Source: Chiloscyllium plagiosum
Lineage: Eukaryota
Assembly (NCBI RefSeq): GCF_004010195.1
Contig: NC_057751.1
Location: forward strand, 3,641,260 to 3,661,259
Direction: 5' to 3'
DNA length: 20,000 nt
Under the pieces are notes generated by a model, which saw only the letters and a list, made by a program, of their open reading frames with translations, was not told the origin of the DNA and did not search any database. Shown here one piece after another: positions 10,148 to 20,000 of this stretch (position 1 is the first letter of the stretch; the number at the start of each line of letters is the position of its first letter). The position numbers were made by a program, and so were the translations under genes.

Positions 10148-10407
10148 GTGGTACGATGGCTCAGTGGTTAACACTGTGTCTGAGTGGGTTTCCTCTGGGC
10201 CCTCCAGTTTTGTCCCACAGTCCAAAGATGTGCAGATTCAGTGGATTGGCTGTGCTAAATTGCCACAGTGTCCAGAGATGTGCAGGTTAGGTGGGTTAGC
10301 TATGGGAAATGTGGGGTTGCAAGGGATATGGTTAGGGTGGTGGGTCTGGGTGGATTTGATGGACCAAATGGCCTGTTTCCATGCTGTAGATACTGTATGA
10401 TTTTATA
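10148..10407 (+). mobile_element. HE1-like SINE with an internal deletion that removes the B-box
   Basis: A-box TGGCTCAGTGG is followed almost directly by TGTCTGAGTGGGTTTCCTC, skipping the B-box segment present in the 3069 copy. Two CCACAG..CCA(A/G)AGATGTGCAG units and a GGACCAAATGGCCTGTTTCC tail are present. Confidence 0.85.
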
Positions 10408-10541
10408 TGCCTGTTTAATTTTCAGGTGAAGGAGTCCATCTGTTGTGTGCCAAATACTGCTCATCTTACGGCAATAAGAGACCCAAGTCCAAGAACTTGT
10501 CGGGCACATTCTCACATCTGCGACAAAGGGCCAGAGAGGTT

Positions 10542-10599
10542 GGGGGGGCGGGGGTGGGTGGTGATTGGGTGTGTGTGTGCGCGCACGCATGTGTGTGTG
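10542..10599. repeat. G-run cluster (possible G-quadruplex) next to a 31-bp alternating purine-pyrimidine (TG/CG/CA) tract
   Basis: G7-C-G5-T-G3-N8-G3 at 10542-10569, and GTGTGTGTGTGCGCGCACGCATGTGTGTGTG at 10569-10599. Confidence 0.8.
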
Positions 10600-12488
10600 A
10601 CAAGATGATGTCCTCCTGGTGGTCTGCCAAGCAGAATGTGGGAGAAGATATGGAGAGACTCAAACAGTGAAACTGAAGAAACTTAGAAGATTCAACCTGA
10701 TGTGGCTAGGGGACAGGCAATTGCTGCAACAGGCCTAACTACTGAAAATCAAGGATTTGTGGGGAATCAAGAGAAGAACCTTTTGATGGTCAATCGATTT
10801 ACAACTCGGTGAAACTGGTCAAGGTAAACCTGTTTGAAGATAAGGATGATGTTGGACTGATGTGTAAACTCTAACTCCTTATATAGTAAACAGTGAAATG
10901 TAACTGAAACATAAAATATGAGAGTCAAGTCAAAAGTTAACATGGGGGATTCTTTCTGTAGTTTGAAATAAAATATTTGTACAAAAAGGAAAGAGTGTTT
11001 TGTCAAGAGTATGTTTTGAGTCATTTGTTTCAGTATAAGTTTCGAAAACTACAACATTTTGTGTGGTAATTCTTTCAGCTGCAACAGGGTATTCAAATCT
11101 CTTCTGAAAAGTTATCAGTCTCGACGGAGATCATACATTATTTTTGAAATTTGCAAATAAGTTGATGACAAAGATCAGACAACGGATTTGATCAGTAGGT
11201 GGTATTTAGTATCACTGTTGAGTGCAATGAAGTGTCACTAAACTAAGTTTCTCCGTGGGGTCCTCCAGAATGCAAATGCATCCATTGCACCAATTTAACA
11301 AATAAATGTGTAAATACTGCATGTTCCAATATGACACAAAGAAATTTTACTGAAGAATTATGCCATTGCCCAGGAGGAATCATGTAAATCATGTTTCCAT
11401 GGAAACAAGGCATTTGAAAACAGGTCTGTGAAGGCATTAAAGAGTTTGGCATCATATCTCACCCTACCTTCAAATCAGACAATAATGAACAAGAAGATGC
11501 GGGTTTTAACTTACTTGGGACTACTGAGGAGTGAGACAAAACTAAGTGACGGAATACAAACATTTAAAAATTTGTCGCAGCAAACCTCATTATAATGCTC
11601 TTTGATAAGTTCTTGTCAATCACTCTGATTTTTGTGTCAATAAAAATATAATTTATTAAATTTTTCTGATTGGCCAGAATTGTAAGTAAAAGGGTGAGGA
11701 CAGAGATGCTATTAATCTCAAATAAAAAAACTGAGAATTCAAGAAAAACACAGCAGGTCTCTCAGCTTCTGAAAGAGAAAGGTGAGAGCTTTCATTAAAC
11801 ACAATATTACAGACAGGCTGAAAAGGACTTGGCTACAGAGCAGCAAAGGGAATACACAGCGTTGAGAAATCTGTAAACCAATGAAAATTGGAATAATTTT
11901 AACAAAGGTGAAAGCATCCGAGAAAGTTATAAAAAGGTACACAGCGAGTAATATAACTACTTATCCCTGCAGTGAGCTTCTGGTTAGGATTCACAAGAAC
12001 GCTCACTGTGACTAGCAATGACCTTTGCATATCCCTGCAAATTTGTTTGACAATGATCTTACTTGGCATCTTCAAAGTTGGATGCATTGCATAATGTTCA
12101 GAAAATCATGCCACTGAGAAATTTAGAAGCATGAAGAAAATTGAACTAACGATACTAGATACAACTGTGTAAATGTTAATGTAAACTCCCATTCCTCCAT
12201 CATGAACACATTTTTTCTGATGAATGAATCTGATTTTTCAGTACCTTCTGGCAGTAACAGCACATTTTCAGAGCTTGAATGTCACATTGTAGGATGATAT
12301 TAACATTGATCCAATTTCACAAATTAAAATCTTTTTATTACAGCATGTTGGGATCATCGTTTATTTTCAGTGACAAGTATCCCCATTGCATATACCCATT
12401 GCAAGAAGTATTGCCAGAGAGAACCACAGTTTTAAACTGATGTTCACAATGATCTAATTTGTCAAGTACAAAGAAGTAAATACATTAT

Positions 12489-12882
12489 GTAGAATTTACA
12501 ATACTGTTTCAGGCCATTTGGTCCAAATGATCAATGGTGACATTGGTCCTTCATACCTCCTACCTCTCATCTAACCAGATGAATATATTCTTCACTTGTG
12601 TTCCTCATAGATTTTTTTGGCTGCCTCTTAAATGTCTACAATTGAAATTATTTCATGTGATCCTCAGTATCGACTCGAAGTACCATCTAATTAAGTTTCT
12701 CATTAATCCATCAGGAGATTTTAGTGGTGAGTATCTTGAAATAATTGTCCCTAAATTTGAAGTTCCTTCTAAGTGTCAATTTCTCTTCATCAATGCGATT
12801 GAATCCATAGTTGCGAGATCCATAAAAGATCATCACTCACACTTGGTTTATATGAAGAAAAATACACCAGCCTGTTGAATAT
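12489..12882 (-). mobile_element. Ancient decayed CR1-type LINE 3' end
   Basis: Follows the same motif order as the younger minus-strand tails: TAGAATTTACA..CAGGCCATTTGGTCC..GCCTCTTAAATG..TGTCCCT..AAAATACACCAGCCTGTT. Confidence 0.55.
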
Positions 12883-13513
12883 TTAGAAACGTAAGTATGG
12901 AGCAAATCCAGCTAAGATATGAATTTGTACAATTTGCCATTCTTGGCTGGTTTGGCTGGAAAGGTAGAAACAATGGGCCACATTTTCTGATGAGTGGCAA
13001 TCAGATGCAGGTTTCCATTCTGATTTTTTATACAGAGAGAAAGAACTCTGCATTTCAGACAGAATATTCAGACTTATTTTAAATCTGACAAGTCCCTTGT
13101 CGCGCAGGACAGTCTGGGGAAGGCAAACCAAATTCCGTTTTTCACAGCAGTCAGTTGCTGCATTTTGTGATTTAAAGATCCAGAATCACAGACAGCCATT
13201 TTAACTGTTGCTGTAAAAGGTTAAGTACAGAGGTCAGTGTAGGATTTGGGTGCTCGGATGACAGGGTGCCAAATGAGCTAGTGACAGGGTAGAAGGGGGC
13301 ACAATAAGTAAATGAATGTCTAGCTTAGGTCCAGTGGTTGGGATATATTGGGTCTGCAGGGATTGTTGGACTCTATTTTAAAGGGGGGAGGGGCGCGGTG
13401 AAGGTGGGGTATATTCAGATCTGGCAGCGAAATATCCAAGTGGGGAGTCAGGTCCAGCAGCAAGTGGAAAAGACTTTAGATAACAGGGCCAAAGAATAAA
13501 AGGGGTTGTTGAG

Positions 13514-13627
13514 GGCCATACTGGCGTCGTGATAGTGTCACTACTTCTGAGCCAGGATGCCCAGATTGAAGTCTCAGTTGTTCCAGAGAACTGTAATCGC
13601 ATCTCTGAACAGGCTGATCAAAAAATT
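13514..13627 (+). mobile_element. Short degenerate tRNA-derived SINE-like repeat
   Basis: Degenerate A-box (TGGCGTCGTGAT) and B-box-like (GATTGAAGTCT) motifs at tRNA-like spacing, followed by a CAGAGA..TCTCTG hairpin and an A-rich end. Confidence 0.4.
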
Positions 13628-14025
13628 TCGAGAGGATGCTGCTGGGTCAACATGTAGTTGGGGGTGTTGTGGTAAATTGAGGGTAAATTGAAAAGGTACT
13701 CAGGAATTAGCCTTAAAAATCTAAGTTTTCCTGAGTAACTATTTAATGACATGTGATGAAACCCTCTAAACTTCCAAAGTTAAATTGATTATTTTGGACA
13801 GTTCCAGGTGTAGGAAATTGCCAAGCAGAATCTTCAAATTTCCAGGCAGGTCAGCTACACTGGCTTTTCTCAGAGATGCCATGTGCAATTCTCATCTGTG
13901 CTGGAGAAACCATTAAGTGGTGTTTGGAAAATCCAGGCCAATATTCCCTCATCGAGTGGTAAAGCAAAAAAATAAGGTACTCTCTGACAAAGTCTGGTGA
14001 TGTTTACACTTCTGTTTTGGCAAAG

Positions 14026-14468
14026 AGGTTCATAGCTCCTTGAAAGTAGAGTCGCAGGTAGATAGGATAGTGAAAAAGGCATTAGATATGCTTTCTTTTA
14101 TTGGTCAGAGTATTGAGTTCAGCAGTTGGGAGGTCACGTTGCGGCTGTACAGGACATTGGTTTGGCCACTGTTGGAATATTGCATGCAATGCTGGTCTCC
14201 TTCCTATCGAAAAGATGTTGGGAAACTTGAAAGGGTTCAGAAAAGATTTACAAGGATGTTGCCAGGGTTGGAGGATTTGAGCTACAGTGGTGGAGGCTGG
14301 TACAATTGCAACATTTAAGAGGCATTTGGATGGTTATATGAATAGGAAGTATTTGGAGGGATATGGGCCGGGTGCTGGCAGGTGGGATTAGATTGGGTTG
14401 GGATATCTGGTCAGCATGGACGGGTTGAACTGAAGGGTCTGTTTACATGCTGTACATCTCTATGACTC
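14026..14468 (+). mobile_element. Young CR1/HER1-type 3' fragment (same subfamily as element B) with an internal deletion of about 250 bp
   Basis: ORF 14040..14318 (LRLYRTLV.PLLEYC.Q.WSPSYRKDVGKLERVQKRFTRMLPGLEDLSY) jumps at 14287 to TGGTGGAGGCTGG and ends with the CTCTATGACTC tail. Confidence 0.93.
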
Positions 14469-16529
14469 GAAATCATTTCCAAAAAGGTGAAATATTGCTA
14501 CTTACTGGGGAAGGCTATATTGTTTACGCACATAACCTGTTACACACCAGTAATGCAATTTGAACTAAATGTGACATGCACCTTCATATTTAAAGCCACA
14601 AAGTCACCTCATGTGGGCACCTCACTCAACTGAGCCCACACTAAGACTGTCTGCAAAGACTATTTCTAAAATTCTTGACAGGCCATTTATTGCAGTGATT
14701 AAATCAACTGACATTCTCTGTGTTCATCGCCTACATTCGCTCAGTAGTTTCTTCATTAAGCAGAGCAAATTCATCACAAGATGAGTCTGCAGCTCATCTA
14801 TACCAAAAAGAGTAATCTCTGTCTTACAAGCATAATAACAGCAACACATAATACTGGTGATTGCAATGAAACATCCTTAACTAGCTGTTCTCTCACAGAT
14901 AAATTATATTCCCTTTTATTATCTGCCTAACAATGGTGGCCTTCCACTCTAAAAAATATACAGGAGATGCAAGGTCTGTCATTTCTATAGTGGTAGTTTC
15001 TCATGATCCAGGCTTGTTTGTGACTCTAATTCAGGCATTCACCACTGAATTTCTAAAGTAAAAGAGTCTGTGATATAATTGCAATAATCAAGGTGGCCTT
15101 GGCTTCAGTTCTTAGGAAATGGAGCGGCCACCTTTGACAGACGATTCCCCACAGAGACGAGTTTAATTCTCAGCAGGGCCAACTGGTGAAGGCTTTGACA
15201 GGCATCATGATGCTTCTCCACAGGGATAAGTTGAAAATTGGCAGAATAAGACTTTTGCTCGTTCACCTGTGGCTGCGTCCAAGAAACATTCATACAGTCT
15301 CCAAATTAGATATAGGTGTCCTTGGAGATGGAGATTTCAAAAGCAACTTCCAGTCAGCAAGTTTACCTTTAAAATACATGCGCACAATACGAAATGCAAA
15401 GTTAAGAAAATAATAAAAATAAAGGAATCATTGGAACTTCTCTAAAAGTGCAGCTCACAAACACAAACAGGATTTTACAGTCTTGCTCACAGCAGTAATG
15501 ACACCACAACTTCAGCAATTTTACCTCATCTCCCTCAGGACTACAGAGTGTATTCCAGCTGACAAAACTTTCTTTCTTTAAAGCATGCCAGTCTGGTCTC
15601 CATGAACAGTATGCGGTAAGTTTGCAAATTTGTGCTGCAGTTTTGAATCGTCACTTGCTGGGAACGCATGTTAGGAGTTTGGTTACATTTCTGTGATAAT
15701 TTTTCATCAATTAATTCCGAATTCAGAAAATTACACATAAATTGTAAACATTCCTGAGCCAAAACAACTGTCTACATTTGTGGAAAACCCATTTTACACC
15801 TGACATTTCCTGATTCTATCGCACATTTTACGCTGATTTATCTTGCAAATGATCTGATTTTTGCTGGGTTACTTCCAACATCCTTTTCTTTTGGAAAGGG
15901 TTGGATGCCAGTTTCCTTACAAGTGCAAACCTGAAACTGTTACTCTCTGTCACTGTGAGTGAATTAATCTCAACCTCACTACATTATGTGTGGAATACAC
16001 AGAGATTTCCCAATACTTCGCCTGTCAATCTGGAAGGGAGGAAATATTCATCATTGACCAGATATAATTGCAAAATATAACTCACAAAAACAGAAAATTC
16101 ACTGAATTAACTTGTGACAAGTTTAATAATGTTTTGCTTTCAAACGTGAAGTGATTCCTCAAAGAGTCCAATCTTCCCATATCATTCTGGGGAGGACTTT
16201 TTAAGTGCTTCATGTACAGTCATGATAAACAGGAAAAGACCAACTAACCTATATCAGCTTGACCTGTGCAGCCGCTTACCCCATTGCATCAACCTGGACT
16301 TTTAGCTGCACACAGGACAGGTCTGACCCCCACAGCATTTATCCACATGATTGCTCTACATGTCAAAATGCCTTCCTTTTTAACCCTTAAACAAAACATG
16401 TAAACAAAATGTTAATTATCTAATGAAATAAAAAAGCTCCAGTGAGATGGCACCTGGAATCTTGTAATCTACACTATACTCGGGGGAACTGGGGCATAAA
16501 ATCACAAACAATGCCAGAGTCAAAAGAGT

Positions 16530-16952
16530 TGAATTCAAAGGAGAGAGTGCATATTCACTTGTACGTCTTCAGTGCAGAAAATTAAGACTAGAGCTTACTG
16601 AAATATTTAAATGATTGAAGGACTTAAGAGGGAAGAGAAAAAAGGCTATATTTTCTGCAGTAAGGACAGAGGGGTGGGTTGGGATCATCTGGAACAAGGG
16701 TTTCTGAAATTAACTTCAAATTGGAGATGTGATGACGTCAGGAAGGTCTTTTCACATAAAGAGTAGTGGAAATCGAGAACTACAAAAAGGCTGCAGTGCT
16801 GAGGGTTGAGAAATAGTTAAAAATTTATTAGCTTCTTGTTATGTAAGGCAAATGGAGGAAAGATGGGCAAAGTATCTTCTGTAAGGTCAGCCATGATCCA
16901 AATGAATGGCAGGATAAGCTTGAAGGGTTGACTGGCCTACTCATGTCCCTAT
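16530..16952 (+). mobile_element. Ancient decayed CR1-type LINE 3' end
   Basis: Motifs CTTACTGAAATATTTAAA..TTTTCACATAAAGAGTAGTGGAAATC..GTCAGCCATGATCCAAATGAATGGC..GGCCTACTCATGTCCCTAT match the CR1 ORF2 end and conserved 3'UTR. Confidence 0.65.
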
Positions 16953-17944
16953 ATCAATTGTCCCATTACATATTGTGCTTTCATTATGAATTTCAGTGCC
17001 AGTATTAACATTCAGAAACACAAAGCACAAGGATCTCAGCACTCCTGAACAGCTGCCAGCTGCATAATGCCTAACAGATAATGCGTGACATCCAAGCAGA
17101 TCTTTATCTGTCAGGAGATATAGCTTGGTATGTCTCTGCAAACTGTATTTGAAGCGATAGGAATGCAAGTATATTCTCCAAGGAAGGAACAATATGAAAC
17201 AATCTTTCGTAAAATGAATTTTTTGGAGAGACACTGGAAGCACCTCTTCCCCCATCTCCTTTAATTAATCTGGAATATTTCAACAAACTCCACTTGCTAA
17301 TTCACCTTTCTAATACAGACAGTACAATAAATCCTTCAAACTAGTACACACGATTCATGTCATCAACACTGAGCATTGAGAGCACATGAAAAAGGAGCAC
17401 AAGGAGGTGCAAAAACACCAAAGAAAGTCAAAGTCTTTTTTTTCAGTAAAAGACTTAATTGGAAAATAGTAGTGACTGAGAAGTAACCTGTGAGGTTGGA
17501 GGATATGTTAATAATTGACTTAATCAAAATCTAAACAAGAAATGATATAAAAAAAACTTTTTGCAGGATTTATGTAAAGGAATTGAATGCCTTCTCATGA
17601 ATTTTTAAAATCTGATTACCAAGAGAAAGGCTGTGTTCATAACTTAGATCAAAGTTGTGAATGAGTTATAGTCAGACTCCTAAGTGCAAATGAAAAACGA
17701 ATTTCACAAGTATTCATATCAATGTGTTTTTAAATACATGTTATTATTGCATTATATAATTTTTCTTTGACTCAGAATATCTGCTGACTGATAGCAAAAT
17801 CATTTTGATGATTATTTTAGTTGTATATTTCTGGTGGCTGGACAGCTGATAAAATGACAGGAATTAATATTATACTTGTGAAGCTCATTACCATGAGGAG
17901 AAGGTAAGTCACATATCATTAGCCCATTTCTCAAGAACCCCCTT

Positions 17945-18339
17945 ATTTATTAATTCATGGGATGAGTGATCATTAGCACGACTAGCATTATCGTCCACCC
18001 CAAAGTGCCTTTGAAAAACATGGTGAGTTTCTTTCCTAAACCGCTGCAGTCCGTGTGGTACATCCACATTGCTGATAGATGGCGACTTCTAAGTTGTCCA
18101 AAACATTGACAAAGATAGAGTTCTGAGCGAGGAAAGGCAGTGGTTTTGTAGAGGAATTGCGATTGGTTGTGTCACCATGCATCTGCTGCCCTTGTCCTTG
18201 TGTGTGGCAAAGGTTGCGATTTTGTGGTGAGTGCTCTCCAAGGAGCATTGATGGTGAGTAACTGCAGTGCAGCTTGTACAAAGCACACACTGTTTCAACA
18301 AAAGTTTGGTCAAAGAGGGAATAGATATATAAAATGATG
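17945..18339 (-). mobile_element. Old L2/CR1-group LINE, 3' end
   Basis: ORF 18036..18365 contains IYSL....TVCALYKLHCSYSP, a post-RT motif (SL..RR...YK..). The 3'UTR reads, on the plus strand, TATT..TTCATGGGATG..AGCATT..AACCGCTGCAGTCC. Confidence 0.65.
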
Positions 18340-18587
18340 CTCGGCTGAAAAGTAGCAAGAAGCATTTGTGCTACACAAATGCCAGGTAATGACGATCTCT
18401 GACAAGAGACAGTTTAATCATTGTCCCTTGATATTCAATGGCATTATCATCACTGAATTCCTCACTATCAACATCCTGGGATTACCACTGACCAGAAAGT
18501 GAACATGACTAGTCTCAAGAATACAATGGCTACAATGGGAGGTCAAAGACTAGAAATCCTGTTGTGAGTGGCTCACCTCCTAATTCC
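18340..18587 (+). mobile_element. RT-thumb fragment of apparently the same old LINE, inverted
   Basis: Plus-strand translation AEK*QEAFVLHKCQVMTISDKR..LIFNGIII..INILG/ITTDQKV..GQRLEILL*VAHLLI matches the W..F...KC..M and LG(V/I)..D.KL RT-thumb motifs. Confidence 0.7.
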
Positions 18588-19407
18588 ATGATGCTTGTTC
18601 ACTCCCCCCCACCCCCGAAGGGAAAAAGTCTCAAATATAAGAAAAATGGAAATAAATTTTGAACATTGTTCACAAACGATGCAAATTGCAATTGTGAATT
18701 ATTTTGTTTTATGTATGCAGTGGTGTAAAGACGATCTTTATGGCAGTCAAATCTTTCAAATATGCAAGATAAAATTTATCAAATGTGCACCAAGACATTG
18801 CTGGAAAGTAACAAATGAGCAAGGAAATTAAAATCATTTCCAGGTTTGTTCTATGGGTTATCTTGAACATTACTCTCACCTGTCTGGTAACCATGCGGTT
18901 CTTTCAAGTTTTTTTTCTCATGTCACTCGTAATAAAAAGTTGAATAATTACCTGTGTTTTTCAATTCAAATCCCACCCTACTCACTGCAGTGTTCAGACA
19001 TTAATGTTTGCCATATAACAAGTTCCGCTGGTCAACAACTATTCCATGTGCACAACAGGTAATGCTAGTCATTTCTCTATCAAACTGTTCGTTCCATTAT
19101 AAAATATGCTAAACATTATTCTCATGTGCAATGTTCCATGGTCAAAGAATCATTCAAATATGTGTTCCCAAACCTGCTCCTTTTTAAAGGGGAGACTGAT
19201 ACAATAACGATGAGCAAGTGGCAAGAATTATGCCACCCTTTGGCAATTAAAGTTTTTTCACTGCGATGCAATACTCAAGTACCTTAAGTCATCTTGTTTT
19301 CATTCAGTAGAGATAAAAGTCAAACAATAATGCACAATATGGAAGGGATTTTGTTTTGGGTAAACATTCACTTTCAACAAATTATAATTGAATAAATCTT
19401 TTCCTCA

Positions 19408-20000
19408 GTTACTGCCTTTGCTGTTTGAATTCGTGTATCACTGGACATCGGAGTGCATCTGGGAAAATTAACAAACAACTAATCTTGGAGGAATTGGTTT
19501 GGGCAAAGTTCACAGCACAGAATCAGATAAGTTAATTGTTGTGTTAAGTCTGTCCAAGAGAAAGGCTACAGTAGTGAGTATAGTGGATTCTTTCTTGATT
19601 ATATGTTTTTGGAGATAAGTCTCTTGATTAAACTTAAAATATAAGCCATAGCTATTAATTTAACCTGGGGCAGTGTTTGTAGAGGAATAAGACGGTGTTA
19701 TTTTCTGGGTCTGTAGATTGTGAAGGAGCAAAATGGCCTTTGCAGTAATATGTACTTTTTGTCAGATGTGGGAGTTTAAAGAGAGTTTAAGGATTACTGT
19801 GGATTATATCTGTTGGATGTGAATCTTATCAGATTGAGTGGATCGGTTGGAGAGACAGATAGAAGCGATGAGGAATTTGCAACAGCAACAGTATGTGATG
19901 GATGGCAGTTATAGGAAGGGGGCAAACTGTCAGATACAGTCACATAGATGGGTTAACTCCAGGAAGGATTAGAGAGGTAGGCAGCTAGTGCAGGAGTCTT
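19408..20000 (+). mobile_element. 5' region and degenerate ORF1 N-terminus (zf/lz) of another CR1-family element, running off the right edge
   Basis: From the ATG at 19733: MAFAVICTFCQMWEFKESLRITVDYICWM*ILSD*VDRLERQIEAMRNLQ..MDGSYRK..WVNSRK. This is colinear with the 8237 ORF1 (CxxC-x-MWE, D(F/Y)IC, SYR, WV). The 5' boundary is approximate. Confidence 0.8.

Noticed and set aside
15290..15762. Minus-strand exon pair ending in KLADWKLLLKSPSPRTPISNLETV* (PDZ-ligand-like end)
   Set aside because: The acceptor at 15367 and donor at 15524 are plausible, but the open upstream frame splices in a phase that gives VNLLTGSCF* instead. No recognisable homology.
16941..17286. 104-aa and 60-aa minus-strand ORFs
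   Set aside because: No recognisable domain or clear splice context, and the length is compatible with chance.

Overview
Repeat-rich, CpG-depleted vertebrate genomic DNA, most likely from a shark or other cartilaginous fish (inferred from HE1-type SINEs, HER1/CR1 LINEs and Penelope-like elements). I recognise no intact host gene; the long ORFs are decayed retroelement frames or their antisense. The main structure is at 3412-8721, a CR1-clade LINE that can be reassembled from pieces. Its 3' part (RT ORF2 plus the C-terminal half of the ORF1 SGNH esterase) lies on the minus strand, lacks the endonuclease domain, and is split by a younger nested CR1 (3780-5770). Its 5' part (107-bp tandem units, 5'UTR, zinc-finger/leucine-zipper ORF1 N-terminus) is inverted and joined 5'-to-5', the geometry known from L1 twin priming. 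A second, older LINE (17945-18587) shows the same geometry. Also present are two oppositely oriented Penelope-like fragments with decayed hammerhead-ribozyme cores, two HE1-like SINEs, several decayed CR1/L2 3' ends, another CR1 5' end at the right edge, and two weak candidate exons. Family assignments come from motif recognition, not database searches. I found no convincing new gene system.
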